Source: Spirochaetia bacterium
GTDB lineage: Bacteria > Spirochaetota > Spirochaetia > DSM-2461
Assembly: GCA_963666985.2 (NCBI GenBank)
Contig: CAXXIA010000002.1
Location: forward strand, 2,272,001-2,336,000
DNA: 64,000 nucleotides
Direction: 5' to 3'
Shown: piece by piece, positions 1-9,615 of the stretch
Numbering within the stretch: the stretch's first letter is position 1
How the letters are laid out: every line of letters starts with the position of its first letter
The notes under the pieces: generated by a model
The model's input: the letters and a program-made list of their open reading frames with translations, nothing else
Databases searched by the model: none
What the model was told of the DNA's origin: nothing
Program-made: the position numbers and the translations under genes

Positions 1-1130
1 TCGTCGAATGCTCGGGAAACATCATCAAGAACGTAAAGGGTGTTATCGTTCCCACCACCGAGAACCTCAGAGGGGTTGAGGCCGGCGCCATCCTGGGTGC
101 CGTAGGAGGAGACGCCGGTAAAAAGCTTGAGGTGCTCTCTTCCGTTAAGGCCGAGGATGTGGAAGAAACCAGGCGGCTGTTGAGCGGGAATCTCTGTACC
201 GTCGTCCTGAAGAAGAATGTCGAGAACCTGTACATCAACGTAGCAATGAAGAGCGGGGATTCCACCGCATCGGTGCTTATTGTCGATGCTCATACAAATA
301 TTGTGGAAGTTAAGAAGAACGGAGAAGTTCTCTTCCAGGATGATTATGATCTTTCTTCGGCGGCCGAGCTTTCGAAAGAGGACTTCAACATTGAACGCAT
401 TTACGAGTTTGCCAATACTGTTCGTATCGAAGATATCGAAAAGATCATCAATGCGCAGATAGAATTGAACTCGGCTATTGCGAATGAAGGACTCAGCCGG
501 AATTATGGAGCGAACGTCGGAAAAATACTTATCCTCAACGGCAAAAATGATGTTAAGACTTTGGCCAAAGCCTATTCGGCCGCGGGATCGGATGCCAGAA
601 TGGCCGGATGCACTATGCCGGTTATTATCAACTCCGGCAGCGGGAATCAGGGAATTACCCTTACAATGCCCGTTGTGAAGTACGCCGAGTTTTTGAAGAC
701 TCCCAGGGAAAAACAGCTCCGGGCACTGGTCTTCGCCAATCTGCTTGCCATTTACCAGAAATCCGGAATCGGGAAATTGTCCGCCTACTGCGGTGCCGTC
801 AGTGCGGCATGCGGTGCCGGCGCGGCCATTTCCTACCTTTACGATTTGCCTTTGGACACCATAAGAATGACTATCAAGAATGTTCTCGGCAATGTCTCCG
901 GCATCGTCTGCGACGGGGCCAAGTCCTCTTGCGCAGCGAAAATCGCGTCTTCGGTGGATGCGGCCATCATGGGACACGAGATGGCCATGAGCGGCCAGGT
1001 GTATTCCGGCTGCGAAGGACTTAACGACGAAGATGCCGACATGACTATCGAAAATATCTCACACCTGGCGAAAGAGGGCATGCGGGAAACGGATTACAGC
1101 ATACTGGAGATGATGATCCGGAATAAATAA
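1..1130 (+). CDS. L-cysteine desulfidase-like protein (CdsB/YhaM, UPF0597; serine dehydratase alpha-like), 5'-truncated by the window
   Basis: Frame is open from position 3 (VECSGNIIKNVKGVIVP...). Motifs AAGSDARMAGC, INSGSGNQG, LSAYCG and GIVCDGAKSSCAAK are typical of the family. Confidence 0.85.
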   Translation, partial: VECSGNIIKNVKGVIVPTTENLRGVEAGAILGAVGGDAGKKLEVLSSVKAEDVEETRRLLSGNLCTVVLKKNVENLYINVAMKSGDSTASVLIVDAHTNIVEVKKNGEVLFQDDYDLSSAAELSKEDFNIERIYEFANTVRIEDIEKIINAQIELNSAIANEGLSRNYGANVGKILILNGKNDVKTLAKAYSAAGSDARMAGCTMPVIINSGSGNQGITLTMPVVKYAEFLKTPREKQLRALVFANLLAIYQKSGIGKLSAYCGAVSAACGAGAAISYLYDLPLDTIRMTIKNVLGNVSGIVCDGAKSSCAAKIASSVDAAIMGHEMAMSGQVYSGCEGLNDEDADMTIENISHLAKEGMRETDYSILEMMIRNK

Positions 1131-1271
1131 CACAGCCGGCCGAAGGAAGCGGATGAATGGTATTTTGCGGGTATCTGAACTGGAATCGAATTTAATGCAT
1201 TCTTTTGTGCCGTCTCTTCATGGAATCCATTTTCCGGCGGCCGGATATTCCATCTGCAAGGAATCGGCATA

Positions 1272-2999
1272 ATGCAGCTGAAGAAACTGATACTGACGAA
1301 TATCCTCATTATCGTTATCGCCCTTCTGATTCTATGGCTCCTGGTTTTTACCACAATCAATTCTACGTTGAAGGACCAATTTATCTTTTCGAACCAGCTG
1401 GTTCTGAGAAACGGAATGGATCTCATCGAGAATTTCATCAAAGAAGGGAAGGACTTGGTTCTGGATATCGCCGTCGATCCCGATATTCAGGACGGTTTGG
1501 ATCGGTTTCAAGCGGAGCAGAATGCAGGAGAGAGGATAGAAAAAATACTGGAACAGAACACCGGATATCTCGGAAAAATGCGTGATTTCGCCGGTTTCGT
1601 CGAATTCTTTCCTTACAAGGATTCCTCTCTGTTCGAGTTCGACGAGGAACGGGATGCGTATGTTCTTATTGAAGCCGCCGATTGGATGAACGAGGTTATC
1701 GCTGCGGACGGCTCATTCATTATCGAGAAAACCGATTTCGGCGGCAATTCTTATATCAGGGTGGCCATGCTCGTTCGGAGTATTAACCATTGGCCTCGGA
1801 AAAGCGCGGTGATGGTTTTCTATATTCGTTTGGAGACACTGCTTTCGCTGTTCTATCAAATCCGTTTGGAAAACTCCAATCAACCCTATCTGGTGAACGA
1901 ATCGGGGGAAATTATACTGCCTTACGAGAACGTGTACCGGATTTCCGAGAACGATTTATTGAGCCGGCAGGAAGGTTGGTTCATTCGGAACGATAGAATA
2001 ATAATCAACGAAGCCTTTCGCATGACGGATTGGAAGCTGATGGGCATCTTCCCCGAGAATAAGCTGATGGAGAAGAGCCGGGATATTCGAAGAACCTTCT
2101 TCATCGTCGGCGGATTGGTCGTGTCTCTGCTTATTCTGGTATCCGTCCTCTTTTCCGTTTGGATTACCAAGCCCATTACGGAGCTCGCCGAAGCTATGTC
2201 GAAGGTTGAGAAGGACGATTTTAAGGAAATCGACCTTGAATTCAGTCGATCATACGGACGTGAAACCCGGCAGCTGTATAGTCAGTACAATTATATGATC
2301 CGACGGATCAACAGTCTCATCGAAGAGATGTATTTGGCGCAGATTCGGGAGAAGGAAGCGGAGCTGCTTGCTCTTCAGCAGCAGATTAACCCCCATTTTC
2401 TGTACAACACCCTCGATTCCATCGCCTGGATGAGTCTTGCTTATAAGGCCGAAGACATCAGGCATATGGTTCTCTCCCTCGCATCCATGATGCGCTACTC
2501 CCTGAACGAAGGGAACAATCTCATACTTGTCAGAGACGAACTGGAGCAGGTAAGGAACTATGTCGGCATCCAGGAAATTCGGTACGACAACAAGTTTTCC
2601 ACGATGATTAAGTGTGATCCTCAAGCTCTCGATTACAAGATCATCAAACTTATCATTCAACCCTTGGTAGAGAATGCCATTGTCCACGGTTTCAAGGATA
2701 CGGGACGATTCGGTAAAATCGATATCAATGTCGTCGTTCAGGAGAAGAATCTCGTCATCGAGGTTATCAACGACGGCGTCGAAATCGATCTTAAGAAGAT
2801 CCGCGATATCTTCAATCCGGATTCGGAATACCGCCCAAGACATTACGGGCTGAAAAACGTGAATGACCGCTTGGTGAAGCGATTCGGAAAGCAGAGCGCC
2901 ATCGTATTTTCGATAGATCAAGAGAGAACCATCGCGCGTATCGTCATTCCTCTGGTAAAGATAGACAATTCCGGTGGGGAGGTCGGTATACGTGGATAG
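1272..2999 (+). CDS. Sensor histidine kinase, YesM/LytS-type (2 TM, HAMP, His_kinase, HATPase)
   Basis: Two hydrophobic segments, QINPHFLYNTL H-box, QPLVENAIVHG N-box, HYGLKNV. Confidence 0.92.
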   Translation: MQLKKLILTNILIIVIALLILWLLVFTTINSTLKDQFIFSNQLVLRNGMDLIENFIKEGKDLVLDIAVDPDIQDGLDRFQAEQNAGERIEKILEQNTGYLGKMRDFAGFVEFFPYKDSSLFEFDEERDAYVLIEAADWMNEVIAADGSFIIEKTDFGGNSYIRVAMLVRSINHWPRKSAVMVFYIRLETLLSLFYQIRLENSNQPYLVNESGEIILPYENVYRISENDLLSRQEGWFIRNDRIIINEAFRMTDWKLMGIFPENKLMEKSRDIRRTFFIVGGLVVSLLILVSVLFSVWITKPITELAEAMSKVEKDDFKEIDLEFSRSYGRETRQLYSQYNYMIRRINSLIEEMYLAQIREKEAELLALQQQINPHFLYNTLDSIAWMSLAYKAEDIRHMVLSLASMMRYSLNEGNNLILVRDELEQVRNYVGIQEIRYDNKFSTMIKCDPQALDYKIIKLIIQPLVENAIVHGFKDTGRFGKIDINVVVQEKNLVIEVINDGVEIDLKKIRDIFNPDSEYRPRHYGLKNVNDRLVKRFGKQSAIVFSIDQERTIARIVIPLVKIDNSGGEVGIRG

Positions 3000-4104
3000 A
3001 ATCCAAGTTCTTATCGTAGACGATGAAAAAATCGTCCGTGAAGGTCTGTTCCGATATATCGATTGGGACGAATATAACATGCACGTTTTCGCGACTGTTG
3101 AAAACGGCGTTGAAGCACTGGAAATTGTTAACAATCATCCTATTGATTTAGTTATCGCCGATATCCATATGCCTATCATGAACGGAATGGAACTTATCGG
3201 TCGTCTGGAGGGCTTCGAAAAGCCGCCTCTGGTTATATTGATCAGCGGCTTCAGCGATTTTTCTTATGCTCAGGAAGCCGTACGCAGCAACATTGCGCAG
3301 GATTATATCCTCAAGCCCCTTAATTTCGAGCAGATGGACATCGTGCTAACGAAGGTGGGACAGAAAATTGCCCGGGATTATTCCTACGTCTCATTCCCGA
3401 TACTCGATGAAGAAGAATGGAAACTGTTCACCAAAACATACGCCAAGGCCGTTAAAAAGTCCCAGAATGAAATTATCGAGAGGATTAAAGCCGGGGATTT
3501 CGGACAGGCCGTTCTGTTTTTTGAGGACGGTATTCGGGAATGCCGGTGTAATCTTCGCTCCATCAACTATATCTCCCGGTATTGTATCGACATCGCTCTT
3601 GGAATTTGTGAAATTGCTCTTGATGGAATGGACTCTCTGGAACTTCTGGAAAACGATCCGGTCCAATCGATTTCCAGATTGTCTACGGAAATGGAGATTT
3701 TTGATTACGTTAAGGATTTGATGGAGAAGGCCGTCGGCGCGATTAATCGGATAGACCGGATGAAATACTCGCCGCTTATTCATTCGGTAATCAACCGGGT
3801 GAACGACCATTATGACGACAGTTTGCTTTCTCTGAACCTTATTGCCGACGAACACTCCGTTTCTCCAAGCTACCTTTCGATGAAATTCAAAGAAGAAGTA
3901 AAGGTTAATTTCAACAAGTACTTGAACGGCTTACGCATCAAAAGAGCGAAGGAACTCCTGATGGATTTTTCGCTGAAGGTGTATATGGTTTCGGAACGGG
4001 TGGGTTACGGCGATGTCCGTTACTTTTCAAGGATTTTTCGGAAATGCACGGGGTATTCGCCTACCGAATATCAAAAGAATTTCTCGCCGTTTCTTTTCTC
4101 TTGA
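2992..4104 (+). CDS. Response regulator, YesN-type (REC + AraC HTH)
   Basis: LIVDDE, DIHMP, ISGF and YILKP receiver motifs; C-terminal YLS...F, VGY...YFSRIF AraC HTH. GTG at 2992 follows the SD GGAGG and overlaps the kinase end. Confidence 0.92.
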   Translation: MDRIQVLIVDDEKIVREGLFRYIDWDEYNMHVFATVENGVEALEIVNNHPIDLVIADIHMPIMNGMELIGRLEGFEKPPLVILISGFSDFSYAQEAVRSNIAQDYILKPLNFEQMDIVLTKVGQKIARDYSYVSFPILDEEEWKLFTKTYAKAVKKSQNEIIERIKAGDFGQAVLFFEDGIRECRCNLRSINYISRYCIDIALGICEIALDGMDSLELLENDPVQSISRLSTEMEIFDYVKDLMEKAVGAINRIDRMKYSPLIHSVINRVNDHYDDSLLSLNLIADEHSVSPSYLSMKFKEEVKVNFNKYLNGLRIKRAKELLMDFSLKVYMVSERVGYGDVRYFSRIFRKCTGYSPTEYQKNFSPFLFS

Positions 4105-4353
4105 TTCATGGAAGGCCGCCGGTCTTATGGATAATCTTCAGGCTATAAAAGTGTTTCCCGCGGTGGCCTGCGGAGCTGTCTGTGGAACGGCGCGGATGCG
4201 TTCCGATCCAAATTGATGATTCCGAGAGAGACTTGAGGCGCGACTCTGGGCATAAGTGGTTCCTTTACTAACTTGATAAATGGATCTTGTTTGGTCCAAT
4301 TATACTCTCGACAATCATAAACATAATCCATCCGTCATACGAGGAGAATTACC

Positions 4354-5691
4354 ATGTCCGCTAACGGAAGAATGGAATCGATCCAGAAGCTGGATCGTGA
4401 ACATGTAGTTTACAGCTGGAAGGCTCAGAAGGGCTTTAAGCCCATCATTATGGATAGGGCCGAGGGCGTATATCAGTGGGATGTCGACGGGAATCGCTTT
4501 ATCGATTTTTCCGCCGGTCTGCTCTGCGTGAACATCGGTCACGGCAACAAGCATGTTCTGGACGCGATGAAGAGCCAAATGGACAAGCTCTGCTACGTCG
4601 GAACATCATTCGGAACCGAGCCCAAGGCCGAACTGGCCCGCATGATCTCGGAAGTCACCCCGGGTGATTTAGACTATGTTTTCTATACCAACGGCGGCGC
4701 CGAAGCGGTTGAGAACGCCATCAAGGCGGCCCGTCTGTACACGGGACGTCATAAAATCTACGCCCGATGGCGCGGTTACCACGGTGCTACCGCCGGCGCG
4801 ATCACCCTCTCCGGCGATCCCCGGCGCTGGGCCGCCGAACCGGGCATTCCCGGCGTGGTTCATTACTTCGGACCTTATCCTTATCACGATCCTTTCGGAA
4901 CGGTGGACGATCCGGAAGAATGCGGAAAGAGAACCCTGGAGGTTCTCAAGACTCAAATCATGCTGGACGGCGCGCATACCGTCGCGGCCATCTTCATGGA
5001 ACCCATCGTGGGAACCAACGGCATCATCATTCCGCCCAAGAGCTATGTTCAGGGCGTCCGCCAGCTTTGCGATGAGAACGGCATTCTGATGATTTCCGAC
5101 GAAGTGATGGCCGGATGGGGACGGACCGGAAAGTGGTTCGGTATTGAAAACTTCGACGTGGTGCCCGATATCATCACCACCGCCAAGGGGCTTACCTCGG
5201 GTTACATTCCCCTGGGCGCCATGATTTGGAACAAGAAGCTCTGGGATTACTTCGGGGATCATCCTTTTGTCGGCGGACTTACCTACGGCGGACATGCTTT
5301 GGCCTGCGCCGCGGGAATCGCCAACATCGAGGTGTATAAGAACGACGGACTGATTGAAAACTCCCGTGTTTTGGGCGAGCATTTTTCCAAGAAGCTTGAG
5401 GAAGTGAAAGAAAAACATCCGAGCGTCGGTGATGTACGGAACAAGGGTCTGTGGGGCTGCATCGAGCTTACCTCCGACAAGAAAACCCATGCGCCGCTGG
5501 CCGGATTCAATAACTCCATCCGCAACGTGGCGCCGGAGTTGAGCAAGCGCATGCAGGACATGGGGCTGACTCTGTTCGCCAAATGGGACTTTATCTTCAT
5601 GGCGCCGCCGCTGTGCATCAACAAGGATCAGCTGGACGAGTCCGTCGCGATTATCGACAAGGCTTTGGAGTACACCGATTCGCTGCTGTAG
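4354..5691 (+). CDS. Class III PLP aminotransferase (omega-amine; taurine/beta-alanine transaminase Toa/PydD-like)
   Basis: GGAEAVENA, GYHG, EPIVGTNG, DEVMAGWGRTG and TTAKGLTSGY motifs; N-terminal HVVYSWKAQ resembles the HSWxAQ subgroup; SD GAGGAG. Confidence 0.88.
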   Translation: MSANGRMESIQKLDREHVVYSWKAQKGFKPIIMDRAEGVYQWDVDGNRFIDFSAGLLCVNIGHGNKHVLDAMKSQMDKLCYVGTSFGTEPKAELARMISEVTPGDLDYVFYTNGGAEAVENAIKAARLYTGRHKIYARWRGYHGATAGAITLSGDPRRWAAEPGIPGVVHYFGPYPYHDPFGTVDDPEECGKRTLEVLKTQIMLDGAHTVAAIFMEPIVGTNGIIIPPKSYVQGVRQLCDENGILMISDEVMAGWGRTGKWFGIENFDVVPDIITTAKGLTSGYIPLGAMIWNKKLWDYFGDHPFVGGLTYGGHALACAAGIANIEVYKNDGLIENSRVLGEHFSKKLEEVKEKHPSVGDVRNKGLWGCIELTSDKKTHAPLAGFNNSIRNVAPELSKRMQDMGLTLFAKWDFIFMAPPLCINKDQLDESVAIIDKALEYTDSLL

Positions 5692-5862
5692 CCTGCGATT
5701 GCGTTAGGGTGATTTCCCGCTTTACGGCGCGGCCGTTTCGGCTGCGAATGTGGAGCGGGATATTCGTTATTAAGGCCGGCGTGAGCCGGCCGCCGATCTC
5801 CGGAGGGGATTGGTGAAGAACTCGCCGGCAGGCGAGATCAACAAAAAAGAAGAGGGAAAACA

Positions 5863-7263
5863 ATGAGTATCGACGCGAAAACGTATATCGCCGATTTGGT
5901 GGCGAAAGCCCGGGCCGCCCAGGCCCAGATTGAGTTTAAAAGCCAGGAAGAAGTGGATGATATCTGCGCACGGCTGACCCGCGCGGGAACCACGGACGCC
6001 TTTGCGAAGAAAATCGCGGAGTTGGCGGTTGAAGAATCCAAAATGGGCCGCGTGGATTCCAAAATCGGCAAGATGATGGTGAAGGTGAAGGGTGTGTATG
6101 CCCAGCTGAAAGACGCGAAGACCGTCGGCATTATCGAGCGCGACGAGGCGAAGGGCCTTGTGAAAATCGCCAAGCCCGTGGGTGTTATCGGCGCCCTGAT
6201 TCCCGTAACCAACTGTGAAGCCACGCCTTTCGGCAAGGCCATCAGCGCCATTAAAACCAGGAACGCCATCATTCTGGCGCCCCATCCCCGTTCCGTGGCC
6301 ACCGGCAAGCTGGCTTCGGACCGCATGAGGGAGGTTCTCAAGCGTCACGGCTGGCCGGTCGATCTGATTCAGACCTTGGATGAAATCTCCGTGGATATCA
6401 CCGGCGAACTGATGAAGCAGAGCGACTTGGTTCTGGCGACCGGAGGAACTCCGATGGTTCGGGCCGCTTATTCCTCGGGTAAGCCCGCTCTGGGCGTGGG
6501 AACCGGCAACGCCGTTACCGTGGTGGACACAACCGCAAATACGGACGAAGTGGCCGATAAAATTATGCGGTCCAATACCTTCGATCATGGAACAAGCTGT
6601 TCCACGGAGAACGAGTGTCTGGTTCACGAGAGCATGCTGGACCGGATGAAAGCCAGCTTCGAAAAAGCCGGGGCCTATATCGTTCCCGCTTCGGAGAAGG
6701 ATAAGCTTCAGAAGACTTACTGGCCCGACGGCGTTCATATCAATAAGGACGTCGTGGCTCAGGATCCCCATAAGATCGCGTCCATGGCGGGCATCAATAT
6801 GCCGGCGGACAAGACCTTCCTGGTTGTGGAAGAAACCGGATACGGCGAGGGCTATCCCTTCTCCGGCGAGAAACTTTCGGCATGTGTGGCTCTCTACACC
6901 TATAAAACTCTTGATCAGGCCATCGAAATGGTCAACGCGATGACGACCTTCTGCGGTCCGGGGCACAGCTGCGGTATTCACACCACCGATAAAGAGAAGG
7001 CCATCAAGCTGGCGACGGCCGTGAAGGTTTCCCGCGTAATGGTGAATCAGCCGCAGGCTTTGGCCAACAGCGGCGCCTGGACCAACGGCATGCCGATGTC
7101 GTTGACTCTGGGATGCGGTACCTGGGGGTATAACAGTGTTTCGGAGAACGTCACGTACAAGTTCCTGATGAACACCACTTGGGTGGCCTGGCCGATTCCC
7201 AGCACCGAGCCGAAAGATGAGGTATTGTTCAGCAAGGACGTTCTTGAGGAAAAGTGGGACTGA
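5863..7263 (+). CDS. CoA-acylating aldehyde dehydrogenase (SauS/SucD/EutE-like)
   Basis: PVGVIGALIPVTN, ATGG, GKPALGVGTGN, FDHGTSCSTEN (catalytic Cys), SGEKLS, SLTLGCGTWG. Confidence 0.9.
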   Translation: MSIDAKTYIADLVAKARAAQAQIEFKSQEEVDDICARLTRAGTTDAFAKKIAELAVEESKMGRVDSKIGKMMVKVKGVYAQLKDAKTVGIIERDEAKGLVKIAKPVGVIGALIPVTNCEATPFGKAISAIKTRNAIILAPHPRSVATGKLASDRMREVLKRHGWPVDLIQTLDEISVDITGELMKQSDLVLATGGTPMVRAAYSSGKPALGVGTGNAVTVVDTTANTDEVADKIMRSNTFDHGTSCSTENECLVHESMLDRMKASFEKAGAYIVPASEKDKLQKTYWPDGVHINKDVVAQDPHKIASMAGINMPADKTFLVVEETGYGEGYPFSGEKLSACVALYTYKTLDQAIEMVNAMTTFCGPGHSCGIHTTDKEKAIKLATAVKVSRVMVNQPQALANSGAWTNGMPMSLTLGCGTWGYNSVSENVTYKFLMNTTWVAWPIPSTEPKDEVLFSKDVLEEKWD

Positions 7264-7346
7264 TTACCAAGTGACGCTTGAGAAGGGGAGGATTTCCGCC
7301 GTCTCTCAAGCGTTCAGGGAAAGAAAGGTGTTCGGTTTTGTTTTTA

Positions 7347-7378
7347 TAAGTCCCCGCCCTTTGGGCGGGGACGGCTTA
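7347..7378 (+). terminator. GC-rich hairpin downstream of the aldehyde dehydrogenase (terminator or repeat)
   Basis: GTCCCCGCCC-TTT-GGGCGGGGAC perfect 10-bp stem at 7350-7372; no clean U-tract. Confidence 0.4.
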
Positions 7379-7656
7379 ATGCCTTTCTGTTTTAAGATGT
7401 CGGGATCTGTTCCCGGCAGGACTGTTTACTTAAGCGAGGCGCCGCGGCTTCGGTAGGTCCTTGCCGCCGCGGTGTTCTTCGGGCGATAGGCGTTTTCGGC
7501 AAACTATTAAGGAAATGGAGCCGGAGAAATCCGTATTCGGAGATTTCAGGCAAAAGAACGACGATCTTTATGGACAAAAAGTGTTAATTTGTCTAAAAAG
7601 ATATGGTTAAGCGATCGGCTCAACGAAAAATACCCGATATGGTGGTGGATTAAGAT

Positions 7657-9210
7657 ATGTGGAAAAGCTCGTCATCAACGGAAAACACGGAACTGAAGGG
7701 AAAAATCGAAACGGCTCTGGAAGGCGGCGGGAAAGCCCGGATCGATAAACAGCACGGCCAGGGAAAGCTGACGGCCAGGGAACGTATCGACGAGCTGCTG
7801 GACGAAGGCAGCTTCGAGGAATACGACATGTTCCGAATGCATGTGAATAAGGATTTCGGCGAAACCGAGCAGTATTACGGCGACGGCGTTGTTACCGGCA
7901 GCGGCAAAATCGACGGTCGTCCCGTTTTTCTTTACGCCCAGGATTTCACCATCAACGGAGGCTCTCTTTCCCGCACCCATGCGGAGAAAATCTGCAAGGT
8001 GATGGACATGGCCAAGAAGGCCGGGGTTCCGATTATCGGTCTGAACGACTCGGGCGGTGCGCGCGTGCAGGACGGCATCGACTCTTTGGCCGGTTACGGA
8101 GAAATCTTTCAGCGCAACGTGATGTGTTCCGGAGTTGTTCCGCAGATTACGGCCATCCTCGGTCCCTGCGCGGGGGGGGCCGTCTATTCTCCCGCCATCC
8201 AGGACTTTGTGGTGATGAGCAAAGCCAACAGCTATATGTTCGTTACCGGTCCGAAAGTCGTGAAGCAGGTGATTTACGAAGATGTCACTTCGGCGCAGCT
8301 CGGCGGCGCGGCGGTGCATGCTTCCAAGAGCGGTGTGGCGCATTTTACGGCCGACGACGATAAGCATGCTTTGGCCATTATTCGCCGCATTCTCTCTTAC
8401 ATTCCGTCGAACAACCAAAAGAAGGCGCCGAGCGTTCCGGTGGACAGGAAGGATCGTAACGGTAAGAAAATCGCGACGATCGTGCCCGATGAGAGCAACA
8501 AGCCGTACGATGTGCGTGATGTGGTTGCCGAGGTGGTGGACGCCGGGGATTTCTTCGAGATCGCGGAGGCGTTTGCGCCGAACATCGTTATCGGTTTCGC
8601 GCGGATGAACGGGGATTCGGTCGGTATCGTGGCCAATCAGCCGAAGGTGAAAGCCGGAGTGCTGGATATCGATGCCTCGGTGAAAGCGGCGCGGTTCATT
8701 CGTTTCTGTGATGCGTTCAATATTCCTCTGATAACCTTCGTGGATGTTCCCGGCTTCATGCCCGGAACGCAGCAGGAGCATGGTGGAATCATCCGGAACG
8801 GGGCGAAGATGCTTTATGCCTACGCCGAGGCGACGGTGCCCAAGGTAACGGTGATTCTTCGCAAGGCTTACGGCGGGGCTTATATCATCATGAACTCGCG
8901 TCATTTGCGCGGCGATGTGGTGTACGCGTGGCCGAACGCGGAAATAGCGGTTATGGGAGCTCAGGGCGCGGCGGAAATCATTTTCCGTAAGGATGCGGAT
9001 GCTTCGGCCGACCCGGATCAGTTCCTTCGCGGGAAAGTGAAGGAATACGAGGATCATTTTTCGAATCCGTACCGGGCCGCGGAAAAGGGTTATGCGGATC
9101 ATGTAATTACGCCGGAAGAAACCCGCTCGAAACTCATCCACGCCCTTGAGATGCTCGCCGAGAAAAAGGACGAGGAACCGGTCCGTAAACACGGATGTAT
9201 GCCGTTATAG
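7657..9210 (+). CDS. Acyl-CoA carboxyltransferase subunit (propionyl-CoA carboxylase beta / methylmalonyl-CoA decarboxylase alpha)
   Basis: GKLTARERI, QDFTINGGSL, DSGGARVQDG, GPCAGGAVYSPA, DVPGFMPG, RKAYGGAY, C-terminal RKHGCMPL. Confidence 0.93.
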   Translation: MWKSSSSTENTELKGKIETALEGGGKARIDKQHGQGKLTARERIDELLDEGSFEEYDMFRMHVNKDFGETEQYYGDGVVTGSGKIDGRPVFLYAQDFTINGGSLSRTHAEKICKVMDMAKKAGVPIIGLNDSGGARVQDGIDSLAGYGEIFQRNVMCSGVVPQITAILGPCAGGAVYSPAIQDFVVMSKANSYMFVTGPKVVKQVIYEDVTSAQLGGAAVHASKSGVAHFTADDDKHALAIIRRILSYIPSNNQKKAPSVPVDRKDRNGKKIATIVPDESNKPYDVRDVVAEVVDAGDFFEIAEAFAPNIVIGFARMNGDSVGIVANQPKVKAGVLDIDASVKAARFIRFCDAFNIPLITFVDVPGFMPGTQQEHGGIIRNGAKMLYAYAEATVPKVTVILRKAYGGAYIIMNSRHLRGDVVYAWPNAEIAVMGAQGAAEIIFRKDADASADPDQFLRGKVKEYEDHFSNPYRAAEKGYADHVITPEETRSKLIHALEMLAEKKDEEPVRKHGCMPL

Positions 9211-9387
9211 AAGGTGTAATTCGACTCGACAATTTCTTGAAGTTTCATGGATTAGACCGAAGACCGAGGAGAATGAGGGTGATGGCCGGGTAAATCTGGA
9301 CATCACCGAATCGATAACCGACGAAGTCGAGAGGCGTGTCCAAGGACACTTGGCACTCCCGAGACAAGGAAGGGTAAAGCAACGCTA

Positions 9388-9566
9388 CGAAGGGCGCCGC
9401 CGAAGGCGAAGCCCGCATCCAGCTTTCGCGAAGGTCCTTTCAGTTGAAATCGCAGGATATGCAAACATAGTGTGAGAGAAGCGGACAAGTTTTGACTTGA
9501 TTGCTTCCGAACCGAGGAAGGTCGCAGTAAATAACTCCGAAGGGCGCCGCCGCAGGCGAAGCCCGC
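9388..9566. repeat. Two 29-bp direct repeats (9388-9416 and 9538-9566) in the intergenic region between convergent genes
   Basis: CGAAGGGCGCCGCCG(A/C)AGGCGAAGCCCGC, one mismatch, 150 bp apart. Confidence 0.8.
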
Positions 9567-9615
9567 CTTCGGCCCCCTGCGAAAGATGCCGCCGAAACCG
9601 ATTCGGCATCCCCCC

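Noticed and set aside
5770..9192. Long antisense ORFs (e.g. 5770-6981, 7675-9192; also 18355-20241, 32127-33686, 33638-34891, 55381-56604)
   Set aside because: They lie opposite well-supported genes, have no family motifs, and are expected shadows of GC-biased codon usage.
9351..9366. Sigma54 promoter starting TGGCAC
   Set aside because: No TTGC at the -12 position and no downstream plus-strand gene.
9388..9566. CRISPR array
   Set aside because: Only two repeats, separated by 121 bp, and no cas genes in the window.
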